From positions 27,275-91,274 of the forward strand of contig URPA01000001.1 of NCBI GenBank assembly GCA_900549545.1: a stretch of DNA of 64,000 nucleotides, given 5' to 3'. Positions 38,933-49,549 of this stretch are shown here, piece after piece. The notes below the pieces were generated by a model, which was not told where the DNA came from, did not search any database, and saw only the letters and a program-made list of their open reading frames with translations. Positions within the stretch are counted from its first letter, which is position 1. Each line of letters opens with the position of its first letter. The stretch is from an uncultured Eubacteriales bacterium. GTDB lineage: Bacteria; Bacillota; Clostridia; Oscillospirales; Oscillospiraceae. A program made the position numbers and the translations under genes.

Positions 38933-39808
38933 ATGGAAGTTTTCAGCGACGCGATCAGGCGCATTACAACTATGGGCGTTGCGGATGTTATCGACATTCT
39001 CATCGTCGCCTACCTGATATATAAAGCGATTTGGTTCGTGCGCAGGACCAATTCATATAACCTTGCAAAGGGGCTTATCCTCATCCTTGTCGTGCTCGGT
39101 GTGTCTGAGTTCACGCATCTGACTATGATCAACTTTGCCCTGCGCAAGGCTGTGGAATTGGGCCTGATCGCGCTGCTGATTCTCTTCCAGCCGGAGCTGC
39201 GCCGCATGCTTGAGCGCATGGGCAGCAGCGTCAGCACCAGCCGCAAGGCGGAAAGCCCCGTCATTCAGACGGCTATCGCCCAGACGGTGCTGGCCTGCTC
39301 GGACATGTCCGAATCCAGAACCGGCGCGCTGCTGATTTTTGAGCGCAATGTCAAGCTCGGCACGATTATGAACACGGGCACGATAATAAATGCCGATGTG
39401 ACGGCGGAGCTTATAAAAAACCTCTTTTACAACAAGGCCCCCCTGCATGACGGGGCGGTCATTATCCGCAATGGCCGGGTCGCGGCGGCGGGCTGTGTTC
39501 TGCCGCTGACCCAGAGCCAGAACCTGAGCAAGGATCTGGGTATGCGCCACAGGGCCGGCATCGGCCTGAGCGAGCAGTCTGACGCGGTGGTCATTATCGT
39601 CTCGGAGGAGACGGGGGCAATCTCCGTCGCGATTGACGGGATGCTCAAGCGCCACCTCACGGCGCAGATGCTGGACAAGCTCCTGCACAGTGAGCTTGTT
39701 TCGGACGAGGAAGACACGGACAACGGGAACGGCTTTATTGCGATGCTCCGCAAGCTGTTCAGGGTGAAGCCAAATGAAGAAAAGAAATCTGATGAAGTCA
39801 ATATATAA
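38933..39808 (+). CDS. cdaA: diadenylate cyclase CdaA
   Basis: Three N-terminal transmembrane helices plus a DAC domain (HDGAVIIRNGRVAAAG ... RHRAGIG). Confidence 0.85.
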   Translation: MEVFSDAIRRITTMGVADVIDILIVAYLIYKAIWFVRRTNSYNLAKGLILILVVLGVSEFTHLTMINFALRKAVELGLIALLILFQPELRRMLERMGSSVSTSRKAESPVIQTAIAQTVLACSDMSESRTGALLIFERNVKLGTIMNTGTIINADVTAELIKNLFYNKAPLHDGAVIIRNGRVAAAGCVLPLTQSQNLSKDLGMRHRAGIGLSEQSDAVVIIVSEETGAISVAIDGMLKRHLTAQMLDKLLHSELVSDEEDTDNGNGFIAMLRKLFRVKPNEEKKSDEVNI

Positions 39809-41030
39809 CAGCCGTGTGTTCTGGGCTGTTGTCTCCCTGATAACGTCTTTTGCCATCTGGTTTTATGTGACGAGCGTTGACGAGGATGAGTACATCCAGA
39901 CCTTCAACGGCGTTCAGGTGGAGCTGAGCGGAGAGAACACGCTCAGGGAAAACCGCAACATGGTCATTACAGACCTTGATACAAGCACCGTCTCCCTGCG
40001 CATAAAGGGGCCGAGGCGGGTTATAAGCTCCCTTGACGCGGACGATATTGTCGCCCGCATCGACGTGAGCAAGCTTACGCAGGCGGCCTATACCTCCCAG
40101 CAGTACACGGTGGAATTTCCCACAAGCGTCAACCGCCGGGATCTGGTCATTGAATCGCGCTACCCGGAGGCTGTGAGCTTTACGGTCGCAAAGCAGACGA
40201 CAAAGACCGTCCCCGTGCGCGGCGGCTTTGAGGGGGAGATTGCCGAGGGGTACACAGCGGAGACGCCGGTGTTTGAGCCCTCCACCATCACCCTGACCGG
40301 CGCGGAGACTTATCTGAACGACATTACCTACGCCTGGGTGACGTTTGGAACAGGCATTACCGTCAACAGCACTTACAGTGTTGAGTCCGGCTTTACGCTG
40401 ATGGACGATAACGACCAGCCCGTATCGACTACGGAGTTCAGCTGCTCGACAGATACCGTGACAGCGACACTGCCGATGCTGGAGATAAAGGATGTTCAGC
40501 TCGGCGTGGATATAGTCGAGGGCGCGGGCGCTACAAGCTCCAATGTAAAGATAACCGTTGAGCCGAAGTCGATAAGCCTTGCCGGAGATTCGGCCATACT
40601 CAACGGCATAAACCGGATAATCCTCGATACCGTCGATTTGACCGATTTCGCCTCCACCTATACAGAGACCTATACTATACCGATTTCAAACGGACTGCGC
40701 AATCTCACGGGTGTCACTGAGGCAAAGGTGACTATCGAGGTCATCGGCCTTGAGACGAAGACCTTCCGCGTAAACTCCATCTCCTGCATAAACGAGGGCG
40801 ACGGGACGGTTGCGGATATCATCACCGAGAGCATAGAGGTCACACTGCGCGGCACGGCGGAGGACTTGGAAAAGGTAAAGAGCGAGAACATCCGCGCTGT
40901 GGCGGACCTTGCCGATTACAAGGGCTCGACCGGCTCATACATGCCGGAGGTCAAGATATACGTTGACGGCTTTACAAATGTGGGCGCAATTGGTACGGAG
41001 ACTATCTCCGTTGAAATAAGGAGGGCATGA
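39774..41030 (+). CDS. cdaR: CdaA regulatory protein CdaR (YbbR-like repeats)
   Basis: N-terminal transmembrane helix followed by YbbR-like repeats. Immediately downstream of and overlapping cdaA. Confidence 0.75.
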   Translation: MKKRNLMKSIYNSRVFWAVVSLITSFAIWFYVTSVDEDEYIQTFNGVQVELSGENTLRENRNMVITDLDTSTVSLRIKGPRRVISSLDADDIVARIDVSKLTQAAYTSQQYTVEFPTSVNRRDLVIESRYPEAVSFTVAKQTTKTVPVRGGFEGEIAEGYTAETPVFEPSTITLTGAETYLNDITYAWVTFGTGITVNSTYSVESGFTLMDDNDQPVSTTEFSCSTDTVTATLPMLEIKDVQLGVDIVEGAGATSSNVKITVEPKSISLAGDSAILNGINRIILDTVDLTDFASTYTETYTIPISNGLRNLTGVTEAKVTIEVIGLETKTFRVNSISCINEGDGTVADIITESIEVTLRGTAEDLEKVKSENIRAVADLADYKGSTGSYMPEVKIYVDGFTNVGAIGTETISVEIRRA

Positions 41031-41031
41031 T

Positions 41032-41448
41032 TTGACTCAGGAGGCTGTAATAACAAAGCTGCTGCCGGATAACATGGCGGAGGTCGTGGTGACACGGGGC
41101 ACCGCCTGCGGCAGCAACTGCGGCAACTGTGAAAGCTGCATTTACGACAGCAAGGTGAAAGCCCTTGCGAAAAACCCCATCGGCGCGCTCCGGGGCGAGA
41201 AGGTGGTCATATCCAGCAAAACCTCCTTCGTTTTCGGCGCGGCAATTCTTGTTTATGTGATGCCGCTGGTGCTGTTTCTGATTGGCTTTGCCGCGGCGCA
41301 TATGCTCGGCGGCAGCGAGGGGGTCTGTGTGCTGACAAGCTTTATCGGCCTTGTGCTGGGCGCGGTCATCGTCGTTTTAAGCCAGCGGCTCAAAAAAGAT
41401 AAAAAGCCCCTTGTCTATACCATTATCGGGAGGGCTGAGGCACAATGA
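41032..41448 (+). CDS. RseC/MucC-family (SoxR-reducing system) membrane protein
   Basis: N-terminal Cys cluster (CGSNCGNCESC) followed by two transmembrane helices. Confidence 0.6.
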   Translation: MTQEAVITKLLPDNMAEVVVTRGTACGSNCGNCESCIYDSKVKALAKNPIGALRGEKVVISSKTSFVFGAAILVYVMPLVLFLIGFAAAHMLGGSEGVCVLTSFIGLVLGAVIVVLSQRLKKDKKPLVYTIIGRAEAQ

Positions 41449-42323
41449 TAAAGAGCATGACGGGTTATGGCAGCGCCAGCGGCAGCGCCCAGGGCTTCAA
41501 TATCAGCGTGGAGCTGAAAAGCGTCAACAACCGCTTTTTGGATACCTCCGTGCGTATGCCGCGCAGCTTCATGTTTGCCGAGGAGACGGTTAAATCCGCC
41601 GTCCAGCGGCATATCAGCCGGGGCAAGGTCGATGTCTTTGTGACGGTCGATTCCGCCGGGACGGACGAGGTCTGCGTCAAGGTAAATGAGGCGCTTTTGA
41701 AGGGCTATGTCACCGCGGTAAAGCACATTGCCGAGGAGTACGGGCTAAATGACGATGTAAGCGCCATGAGTGTTGCCCGCTTCCCGGAGGTTTTGACGGT
41801 CGAAAAGGCTGATATTGACACGGAGGCCGTTGCCGCCGCGATAGGCGAGCTTACAGAGCTTGCGCTGGAGGATTTTGACAAGATGCGCCTGCGCGAGGGC
41901 GAGAAGCTCAGGGACGATGTATTGAGCAGGCTCCAGACTATTGACGCGCTTGTCACCACGGTGGAGCGCTCCGCCCCGGAGACGGTGAAGGCCTACCGCA
42001 GCCGCCTTGAGCAGAAGATGCAGGAGGTACTGGGCACCGCCGGAATCGACGAGAGCCGCATTTTGGCCGAGGCCGCCATTTTTGCAGACCATATCGCCGT
42101 GGACGAAGAGACCGTGCGCCTGCGCAGTCATATGTCCCAGCTCAGGCAGATGGTCGAGGGCTCATCGCCCACCGGCAGGAAGATTGATTTTCTCGTGCAG
42201 GAGTTTAACCGCGAAGCCAATACAATCGGCTCCAAGTGCCAGAATTCGGACATTGCCCACACGGTGGTCGACCTCAAGTCCGAAATTGAGAAGATTCGCG
42301 AGCAGATTCAGAACATCGAATAG
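41445..42323 (+). CDS. yicC: YicC/YloC-family protein
   Basis: N-terminal MIKSMTGYG, characteristic of the YicC family. Confidence 0.8.
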   Translation: MIKSMTGYGSASGSAQGFNISVELKSVNNRFLDTSVRMPRSFMFAEETVKSAVQRHISRGKVDVFVTVDSAGTDEVCVKVNEALLKGYVTAVKHIAEEYGLNDDVSAMSVARFPEVLTVEKADIDTEAVAAAIGELTELALEDFDKMRLREGEKLRDDVLSRLQTIDALVTTVERSAPETVKAYRSRLEQKMQEVLGTAGIDESRILAEAAIFADHIAVDEETVRLRSHMSQLRQMVEGSSPTGRKIDFLVQEFNREANTIGSKCQNSDIAHTVVDLKSEIEKIREQIQNIE

Positions 42324-42332
42324 GAGCGGAGA

Positions 42333-42569
42333 ATGAAGCTTGTACCTATTGGTTTTGGAAACCTCATCTCTGCTGAGCGGGTTGTCTCTGTCGTAAGCCC
42401 GGAGTCCGCGCCCATCAAGCGCATGATTCAGGATGTGCGCGAGCGGGGGCTGCTTATCGACGCATCCTTCGGCAGAAGCACCAAGGCTGTTATAGTCATG
42501 GACAGCGGCAACGTTGTGTTGTCGGCGCTCGCGCCGGATGTTCTTGCGCAGCGCTTCAGTGAGGAATAG
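42333..42569 (+). CDS. remA: RemA/YlzA (DUF370) regulator
   Basis: Near-identical to B. subtilis RemA motifs ([28 protein letters not shown]). Confidence 0.85.
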   Translation: MKLVPIGFGNLISAERVVSVVSPESAPIKRMIQDVRERGLLIDASFGRSTKAVIVMDSGNVVLSALAPDVLAQRFSEE

Positions 42570-42600
42570 AGGAATTATATTGACAGGAGGGTATTATAAA

Positions 42601-43200
42601 ATGGAGAAGAAGGGGAAACTGTTTGTTATATCCGGCCCGTCCGGGGCGGGGAAGAGCACGGTCGTGTTCAAGGCGGTTGAAAACCGCGACGATGTGTGCT
42701 TTTCCATTTCTGTCACCACCCGTAAGCCCAGACCCGGCGAGGTGGACGGGAAAGAGAATTTCTTTGTGGACCTTGACCGTTTTAAGGAAATGGTCGAGAA
42801 TGATGAGCTTCTGGAGCACGCCGAGTATGTTGCCAACTCCTACGGCACACCCAGAGCCTATGTCCAGAAGAATCTTGACGCGGGCATGAATGTGCTGCTT
42901 GATATCGAGGTGCAGGGCGCGCGGCAGGTGCATGAGAAGATGCCCGAGGCCGTGATGATTTTCATTGTGCCGCCCTCCATGGAGGTTTTGAAGCAGCGCC
43001 TTGAAAACCGCGGCACGGATACCGAGCGCGCCATCGAGGCCCGCCTTATCCGCGCAAAGCAGGAATACGCCGAGGCGGATTTCTACGATTATATTATAGT
43101 CAACGACGATGCCGACAAAGCGGCCAAGGAGTTTGAGGCGATTATAACCGCCGAGGGCTGCCGCGCGGCTGACCATATGGATATCCTTAAAAATGCTTGA
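42601..43200 (+). CDS. gmk: guanylate kinase
   Basis: Walker A motif GPSGAGKST. Start chosen at 42601. The longer ORF in the track is an upstream extension. Confidence 0.9.
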   Translation: MEKKGKLFVISGPSGAGKSTVVFKAVENRDDVCFSISVTTRKPRPGEVDGKENFFVDLDRFKEMVENDELLEHAEYVANSYGTPRAYVQKNLDAGMNVLLDIEVQGARQVHEKMPEAVMIFIVPPSMEVLKQRLENRGTDTERAIEARLIRAKQEYAEADFYDYIIVNDDADKAAKEFEAIITAEGCRAADHMDILKNA

Positions 43201-43231
43201 TTAATATGCCGCATTTGCGGCGGAATGGAGA

Positions 43232-43429
43232 TTGATTATTATGATGCTTTATCCCCCTGTTGCTGAGCTTGTCGATAAGATAGGCAGCCGTTACCAGCTC
43301 GTGAACCTTGTTGCCAAGAGAGCCCGTGTTATCTCCGAGAATGCCGAGGAGAAGCAGGAGCCGCTCGAGCGCAAGCCTGTTTCCTCCGCCATTGACGAGG
43401 TTTACACCGGAAAGCTCAGCATAAAGTAA
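43232..43429 (+). CDS. rpoZ: DNA-directed RNA polymerase subunit omega
   Basis: RpoZ family, following gmk as in Firmicutes. Confidence 0.8.
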   Translation: MIIMMLYPPVAELVDKIGSRYQLVNLVAKRARVISENAEEKQEPLERKPVSSAIDEVYTGKLSIK

Positions 43430-43445
43430 TTTTTCGGAGGGGTGC

Positions 43446-45692
43446 ATGGCGGCAAAAATTGCCAAAATAGCGGTTTCTGCCGCAACATACAGCATAGACA
43501 AGCCCTATGATTACCTTATCCCCGCCGAGCTTTTGGAAAAAGCCGTCCCGGGGGTGCGGGTTTACGTGCCCTTTTCAAGGGGCAACCGCCGCAGCGAGGG
43601 GATAATCCTCGCCGTGGAGGAGGGCAGCAGCCTTGATAAGCTTAAGAGCATCGAGGCGGTTCTGGATGATGAGCCGGTCTTGAAGCCCTGGCAGCTCAAG
43701 CTTGCTCTGTTTATGCGCGAGCGCTTTTTCTGTACCGTGTATGACGCGGCGCGGGCCCTGCTCCCCGCCGGGCTTTGGCTCAAGGAGGACGGGAAGCGCC
43801 GTGTAAACGATAAGACTGTTGAGATGGTGCGGCTTGCCGTATCCCCGGAGGACGCAGATGTCATCGCGGAGAATAAGCGCCGCCGCTCACCGATGCAGGC
43901 GGAGCTTTTGTCCGCGCTCTGCGGCTTTGAGGCCCTGCCAAGCCAGGACCTGATGCGCCACACCGGCGCGTCCCGCCAGTCGCTGAACGCCCTGCGCAAG
44001 GCGGGGCTTGTGGAGCTGTTTTACCTTGAGGTCTACCGCAGGCCGGAGACCTCATCAGTTGAAAGCCTGCCCATGCCGGAGCTCAATGACGCTCAGCGCC
44101 GGGCCTTTGAGGGTCTGAACGCCCTCGCCATGCAGGATAAAAGCGCGGCGGCGCTGCTTTTCGGCGTCACCGGCAGCGGCAAGACCAGCGTCTATATGCA
44201 CCTTATCAGCCAGCAGCTTGAGATCGGCAAAAGCGCGATTCTCCTTGTACCGGAGATTGCGCTGACCCCTCAGATGCTCAGTACCTTTGCCGCGCGTTTC
44301 GGCGATAATATCGCCGTGCAGCACAGCAGCCTCTCCGTCGGGGAGCGCTATGACGAGTATAAGCGCATAAGGGACGGTAAGGCGCGGCTTGTTATAGGCA
44401 CACGCAGCGCGGTTTTCGCCCCGGCGGAAAATCTGGGCCTTATCATCATCGACGAGGAGCAGGAGGAGAGCTACCGCTCGGAAAATACCCCGCGATATAA
44501 CGCGCGAGATATTGCAAAATACCGTTGCTATAAATCAAACGCCCTGCTCCTCTTAGGCTCCGCAACGCCGGATATCCAGAGCCGCTACCTTGCAAAAACC
44601 GGCAAATACGCCTATTTTTCGCTCCCGGACCGCTATAATGAGCTGAGCATGCCCAAGGTGAAAATCGCGGACATGAAGCGGGAGCTTCGCCATGGAAATG
44701 GCGGGAATATCAGCTCTTTCCTGCGGGATGAGCTGCAAAAAAATATTGAAAACGGAGAGCAGAGCATTCTGCTCATCAACCGCCGCGGCGCGAACCGCCT
44801 CATCAGCTGCGGCGAATGCGGTTATACCTTCCGCTGCCCGAGATGCAGCGTATCGCTGACCTACCACAGCAACAATAACCGCCTTATATGCCACCATTGC
44901 GGCTTCTCCCGGCGGCTGCCGGAGGAGTGCCCGGAATGCGGCGGCGCGTTCAAATTCGTCGGCGCGGGCACCCAGCTTGTGGAGCAGGAGCTTAACGAGC
45001 TTTTTCCGGGTGTACCCGTTATGCGGGTGGACACGGATACCGTCAGCCCCGCCGGCTCCCACGAGCGGCTGTTTGAAAAATTTCGCAATGAGAACATCCC
45101 CATCATGGTGGGGACGCAAATGGTCGCAAAGGGGCTCAATTTTGACAATGTGACCCTTGTTGGCGTCATTTCTGCCGACCAGAGCCTTTACGCCGGGGAT
45201 TACAGGGCGGGAGAGAGAACCTTTTCCCTGATAACCCAGGTCATAGGCCGCAGCGGCAGGGCAAGCAAGGAGGGCAGAGCCGTCATCCAGACCTTTACGC
45301 CCGATAATGAGACGCTTATTCAGGCGGCAAAGCAGGATTATGAGGCCTTTTACTGCTCGGAAATTGAGCTGCGCAGGCTGCAAAATTCCCCACCGTTTAC
45401 GGATGCGCTGGCTATAACCGCCTCCGGGGCGGACGAGGTGCAGGTCATCAACGCCTGCCGCTTTGCAAAGCAGCTTCTGGATAACGCCCCCGCCCGCTGC
45501 GGGATATCAACCCTTGGGCCGACGCCGCTTGCCGTAGTAAAGGTAAACAACCGATACAGGTACAGGGTCAACATCTGCTGCAAGGCTAATAACGAGGTTC
45601 GCGCCTGTGTGGCGGATGCGGTGATAAAATGCAGCAAGGACAGCCGCTTCAAAGGCGTGTCCGTCTTTGCGGACAATGACCCGGTGGATTGA
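43446..45692 (+). CDS. priA: primosomal protein N' (PriA helicase)
   Basis: Walker A motif GVTGSGKT and Cys-rich zinc-binding region (CGYTFRCPRC...CHHCG). Confidence 0.9.
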   Translation: MAAKIAKIAVSAATYSIDKPYDYLIPAELLEKAVPGVRVYVPFSRGNRRSEGIILAVEEGSSLDKLKSIEAVLDDEPVLKPWQLKLALFMRERFFCTVYDAARALLPAGLWLKEDGKRRVNDKTVEMVRLAVSPEDADVIAENKRRRSPMQAELLSALCGFEALPSQDLMRHTGASRQSLNALRKAGLVELFYLEVYRRPETSSVESLPMPELNDAQRRAFEGLNALAMQDKSAAALLFGVTGSGKTSVYMHLISQQLEIGKSAILLVPEIALTPQMLSTFAARFGDNIAVQHSSLSVGERYDEYKRIRDGKARLVIGTRSAVFAPAENLGLIIIDEEQEESYRSENTPRYNARDIAKYRCYKSNALLLLGSATPDIQSRYLAKTGKYAYFSLPDRYNELSMPKVKIADMKRELRHGNGGNISSFLRDELQKNIENGEQSILLINRRGANRLISCGECGYTFRCPRCSVSLTYHSNNNRLICHHCGFSRRLPEECPECGGAFKFVGAGTQLVEQELNELFPGVPVMRVDTDTVSPAGSHERLFEKFRNENIPIMVGTQMVAKGLNFDNVTLVGVISADQSLYAGDYRAGERTFSLITQVIGRSGRASKEGRAVIQTFTPDNETLIQAAKQDYEAFYCSEIELRRLQNSPPFTDALAITASGADEVQVINACRFAKQLLDNAPARCGISTLGPTPLAVVKVNNRYRYRVNICCKANNEVRACVADAVIKCSKDSRFKGVSVFADNDPVD

Positions 45693-45740
45693 AAACGAGA
45701 ATTATTCCGCTTTTTTGCGGATTTGAATGGAGAATATACG

Positions 45741-46238
45741 ATGGCGATTCGCAATATTTTGACCAAAGAGGACCCAACCCTGTATAAGCACTGCCGCCCG
45801 GTGACGGATTTTAACCCCAGGCTTCACCAGCTGCTGGACGATATGCGCGAGACCCTCAGCCGTGCTGACGGCGTGGGCCTTGCCGCTCCGCAGGTGGGCG
45901 TTCTGCGCCGTGCGGTGCTTGTTATCGAGACAAACGTTGAAGAGGGTGAAGAGGAATACTTCATCGAGCTTATAAACCCTGAGATTATCGAGACCTCAGG
46001 CACCCAGCGCGGCGCCGAGGGCTGCCTGAGTGTTCCGGGAGAGTACGGCGTTGTGGAGCGGCCCATGGATGTGAAGGTCCGCGCGCAGGACAGGAATGGT
46101 GAGTGGTTTGAGGTTGAGGGCACGGGGCTTACCGCCCGCTGCTTCTGCCACGAGATTGACCATCTGGACGGCGTCGTGTTCACCTCCCGTGCTGAGCGCA
46201 TGCTCAGCGAGGAGGAGCTGCAAAACATTCAGGGCTGA
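45741..46238 (+). CDS. def: peptide deformylase
   Basis: Three PDF motifs: GVGLAAPQVG, EGCLSVPG and HEIDHLDG. Confidence 0.9.
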   Translation: MAIRNILTKEDPTLYKHCRPVTDFNPRLHQLLDDMRETLSRADGVGLAAPQVGVLRRAVLVIETNVEEGEEEYFIELINPEIIETSGTQRGAEGCLSVPGEYGVVERPMDVKVRAQDRNGEWFEVEGTGLTARCFCHEIDHLDGVVFTSRAERMLSEEELQNIQG

Positions 46239-46251
46239 CAGGAGGGCGTTT

Positions 46252-47172
46252 ATGCGCGTAGTTTTTATGGGGACGCCGGATTTCGCCGCCGCCTCCCTCA
46301 GTGAGCTTCTGGAGCAGGGCTTTGACGTGGTGGGTGTTTTCACCCAGCCGGACAAGCCCAAGGGCCGCGGCATGGAGACGGGCTTCTCCCCGGTAAAGGA
46401 GATAGCCGTTGAGCACGATATCCCCGTGTTCCAGCCCGTAAAAATGCGGGACGGGACTGCTCTTAAACAAATTGAGGAGCTCCGCCCGGACATCCTCGCG
46501 GTGGTTGCCTACGGCAGGATTCTGCCTGATGATATCCTCGCTGTGCCGAAATATGGCGCGGTGAATGTCCACGGGTCGCTGCTGCCAAAGTACAGAGGGG
46601 CTGCCCCTATCCAGTGGTCGGTCATTAACGGCGATGAGCGCACCGGTGTTTCAACGATGTTCCTTGCAAGCGAGATGGATGCCGGGGACATTATCTATAC
46701 CGAGGAGACCGAAATCGGCGAATATGAGACCTCCGGTGAGCTTTTTGACAGGCTCAAGCTCATGGGCGCAAGGCTTCTTGTAAAGACCCTGCGTGATATT
46801 GACGCGGGCACCGTGCCAAGACGGACGCAGGAGCATGAAAAGGCAACCTACGCCCCGATGCTGGATAAATCCCTCTCTCCCATCGACTGGAACAGAGCGC
46901 CGAGGGTTATTTTGAAGCAGATTTACGGGCTCCAGCCATGGCCGGTAGCCACGATGGAGCTTGAGGGTGCGATTTACCGCGTTTTTGCGGCGGACTATAC
47001 CGATACAAAGACCGACAAGACCCCCGGGAGCGTTGTCTCCACCGACAAGGGCGGGATAGAAATCGCCTGCGCAGGCGGCGAGACGCTGCTGATAAAAGAG
47101 CTTCAGGCCCCCGGCAAAAAGCGCATGGCGGCTGCAGATTTCCTGCGCGGCCACAAGCTGAAAATCGACTGA
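46252..47172 (+). CDS. fmt: methionyl-tRNA formyltransferase
   Basis: N-terminal MRVVFMGTPDFA, characteristic of Fmt. The upstream extension in the ORF track overlaps def. Confidence 0.9.
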   Translation: MRVVFMGTPDFAAASLSELLEQGFDVVGVFTQPDKPKGRGMETGFSPVKEIAVEHDIPVFQPVKMRDGTALKQIEELRPDILAVVAYGRILPDDILAVPKYGAVNVHGSLLPKYRGAAPIQWSVINGDERTGVSTMFLASEMDAGDIIYTEETEIGEYETSGELFDRLKLMGARLLVKTLRDIDAGTVPRRTQEHEKATYAPMLDKSLSPIDWNRAPRVILKQIYGLQPWPVATMELEGAIYRVFAADYTDTKTDKTPGSVVSTDKGGIEIACAGGETLLIKELQAPGKKRMAAADFLRGHKLKID

Positions 47173-48497
47173 TGGCACAGAATAACGCGAGACGCGCCGC
47201 CCTCGACGCGCTGGAGAGATGCCGACGCAGCGGGGCATGGTCTGGTGCATCGGTCGATGGCGCGATAAAAAAATACGAGCTTGACAGGCGGGACGCCGCC
47301 CTTGCCGCGCGGCTCTGTCTGGGTGTGCTGCAAAACGCTGCCTGCCTGGATTTTTACGTCTCCAACTTTTCAAGCCGCAAGCTTTCGGATATTGAGCCAA
47401 AAACGCTGGATATTCTCCGCCTCGGGGCGTATCAGCTCTCGTTTATGGACAAGATACCTCCCTCCGCCGCCGTGGACGAGAGCGTGAAGCTCTGCAATCT
47501 CTGCGGCATGAAGAGAGCGTCGGGCTTTGTAAACGCGGTTTTGCGGCGCATGGCAGAAAACAGAGATAAGCTCCCCGAGCCGCCCGGAAAGGGGAGCGCC
47601 GAGTATCTGAGCGTAAAATACAGCTACCCCGAGTGGCTGACAGAGCGGCTTATAGGTATTTGCGGCTATGATCAGGCGGAGAAGTTTTTCGAGATTTGCA
47701 ACACCCCCGCGCCGCTGACGGTTCAGGTCAACACTCTGAAGCTAAGCACCGGAGAATATGAGCAGATGCTGAGTGATGCGGGGACAGATTATACTTCCGA
47801 CAGCGCTCTTGAGGGCTGCATGTACATTAATGGTGGCAGTGTTACTGAGCTTCCCGGCTATGATGAGGGGCTTTTCTATGTGCAGGACAAGGCCGCCCGC
47901 CTTGCCGCAGCTATCGCCGACCCGAAGCCCGGTATGCGCGTGCTTGACTGCTGCGCCGCCCCGGGCGGGAAGTCCTTTGCATCGGCTATATTGATGCAAA
48001 ATCAGGGCGAGATACTCTCCCGTGATATCCACGAAAAAAAGCTTGGCCTTATCCGCTCCGGAGCGGAGAGGCTGGGGATAGACATCATCTCCACCGCTGC
48101 GGCGGATGCCCGTGAAAGTGATGCGCAGCTTATGGGCAAGTTTGACGTGGTTATATGCGATGTGCCCTGCTCCGGCATGGGTGTTATCCGCAAAAAGCCG
48201 GAGATTCGCCAGAAATCCCCGGCAGAGCTTGAGGGCTTGCCGAAGATTCAGCGGGAGATAATCAATAACGCAGCGACCTTTGTTAAGCCCGGCGGAGCGC
48301 TGCTGTACTCAACCTGCACGATATTTCCCGAGGAAAACGAGGATATCGTCAGGGCGTTTTTGGCGGAGAATGATGAGTTTCATGCGGAAGATTTCTCTCT
48401 CTGCGGCATAGAAAGCCGCGAGGGAATGTATACATTTTTCCCGCAGATCGACGGGTCTGACGGATTTTTTACGGCGAAACTGAGAAGGAAAAGCTGA
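47172..48497 (+). CDS. rsmB: 16S rRNA (cytosine967-C5)-methyltransferase RsmB
   Basis: NusB-like N-terminal region plus a SAM methyltransferase domain (DCCAAPGGK, DVPCSG). Confidence 0.85.
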   Translation: MAQNNARRAALDALERCRRSGAWSGASVDGAIKKYELDRRDAALAARLCLGVLQNAACLDFYVSNFSSRKLSDIEPKTLDILRLGAYQLSFMDKIPPSAAVDESVKLCNLCGMKRASGFVNAVLRRMAENRDKLPEPPGKGSAEYLSVKYSYPEWLTERLIGICGYDQAEKFFEICNTPAPLTVQVNTLKLSTGEYEQMLSDAGTDYTSDSALEGCMYINGGSVTELPGYDEGLFYVQDKAARLAAAIADPKPGMRVLDCCAAPGGKSFASAILMQNQGEILSRDIHEKKLGLIRSGAERLGIDIISTAAADARESDAQLMGKFDVVICDVPCSGMGVIRKKPEIRQKSPAELEGLPKIQREIINNAATFVKPGGALLYSTCTIFPEENEDIVRAFLAENDEFHAEDFSLCGIESREGMYTFFPQIDGSDGFFTAKLRRKS

Positions 48498-49531
48498 TGG
48501 AGAAAGATATTCTTTCCATGCTCCCCGAGGAGCTGGAAGCCGCCCTTAAAGAGCTGGGTGAGCCAAAATACAGAGCCGGACAGATCTTCCAGTGGCTCAG
48601 CCGGGGCGTGCGGGATTTTGACGAGATGAGCAATCTCTCAAAGCCTTTGCGCGAAAAGCTGAAGGCCGAGTTTCGGCTTTATAAGCCCAAGGCCGTGTCA
48701 AAACAGATCTCCGCACTGGACGGGACGATAAAATACCTCTGGGAGCTGTTTGACGGCAACTGCGTGGAGACGGTCGTCATGAGCTATAAGCACGGCAACA
48801 CCGTCTGCATTTCAAGTCAGGTCGGATGTAGGCAGGGCTGCGCCTTCTGTGCGTCCACAATCGGCGGGCTTGTGCGCTGTCTCGAGCCGTCAGAGATGCT
48901 CGACGAGGTGCTGTTTTCCGAGATAGACTCCGGCAAGCCTATTTCAAACATAGTTTTGATGGGTATAGGTGAGCCGCTTGATAATTTTGACAATGTGATG
49001 CGCTTTCTGGAGCTTGTGAACCACCCCAAGGGGCTGAACATCGGCATGAGGCACATTTCGCTCTCCACCTGCGGGATAATCGAGCGCTTTGATGAGCTTG
49101 CCGAGAGAAACATGCAGCTTACGCTGTCGGTATCTCTCCACGCGCCGGACGATGAGACGCGCTCTAAAATAATGCCCGCAAACCACGGCCGGGGTGTCGA
49201 AAAGCTCATGGACGCCTGCCGACGGTATTATGACAAAACAGGGCGACGCATATCCTTTGAATACGCCATGATTGACGGCGTGAACGATACGGAGTATCAC
49301 GCGCGGCTGCTTGCCAAAGAGGCAAGGAGCGTCAGCGCCCATGTAAATCTTATACCCCTCAACCGTGTGGAGGAGCGGCAGCAGTTTCGCCCGTCCACGT
49401 CGGGGCACATGAAGGCGTTTATAAAGATACTTGAAGAGAGCGGCGTGAACGTGACTGTGCGCCGCAAGCTCGGCGGCGATGTGGACGCGTCCTGCGGCCA
49501 GCTTCGGCGCAGAAGGGAAAAGCTCAATTAA
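48497..49531 (+). CDS. rlmN: 23S rRNA/tRNA (adenine-C2)-methyltransferase RlmN (radical SAM)
   Basis: Radical SAM motif CRQGCAFCAS. Confidence 0.9.
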   Translation: MEKDILSMLPEELEAALKELGEPKYRAGQIFQWLSRGVRDFDEMSNLSKPLREKLKAEFRLYKPKAVSKQISALDGTIKYLWELFDGNCVETVVMSYKHGNTVCISSQVGCRQGCAFCASTIGGLVRCLEPSEMLDEVLFSEIDSGKPISNIVLMGIGEPLDNFDNVMRFLELVNHPKGLNIGMRHISLSTCGIIERFDELAERNMQLTLSVSLHAPDDETRSKIMPANHGRGVEKLMDACRRYYDKTGRRISFEYAMIDGVNDTEYHARLLAKEARSVSAHVNLIPLNRVEERQQFRPSTSGHMKAFIKILEESGVNVTVRRKLGGDVDASCGQLRRRREKLN

Positions 49532-49549
49532 AGGGGGGGCGGGCCAGCC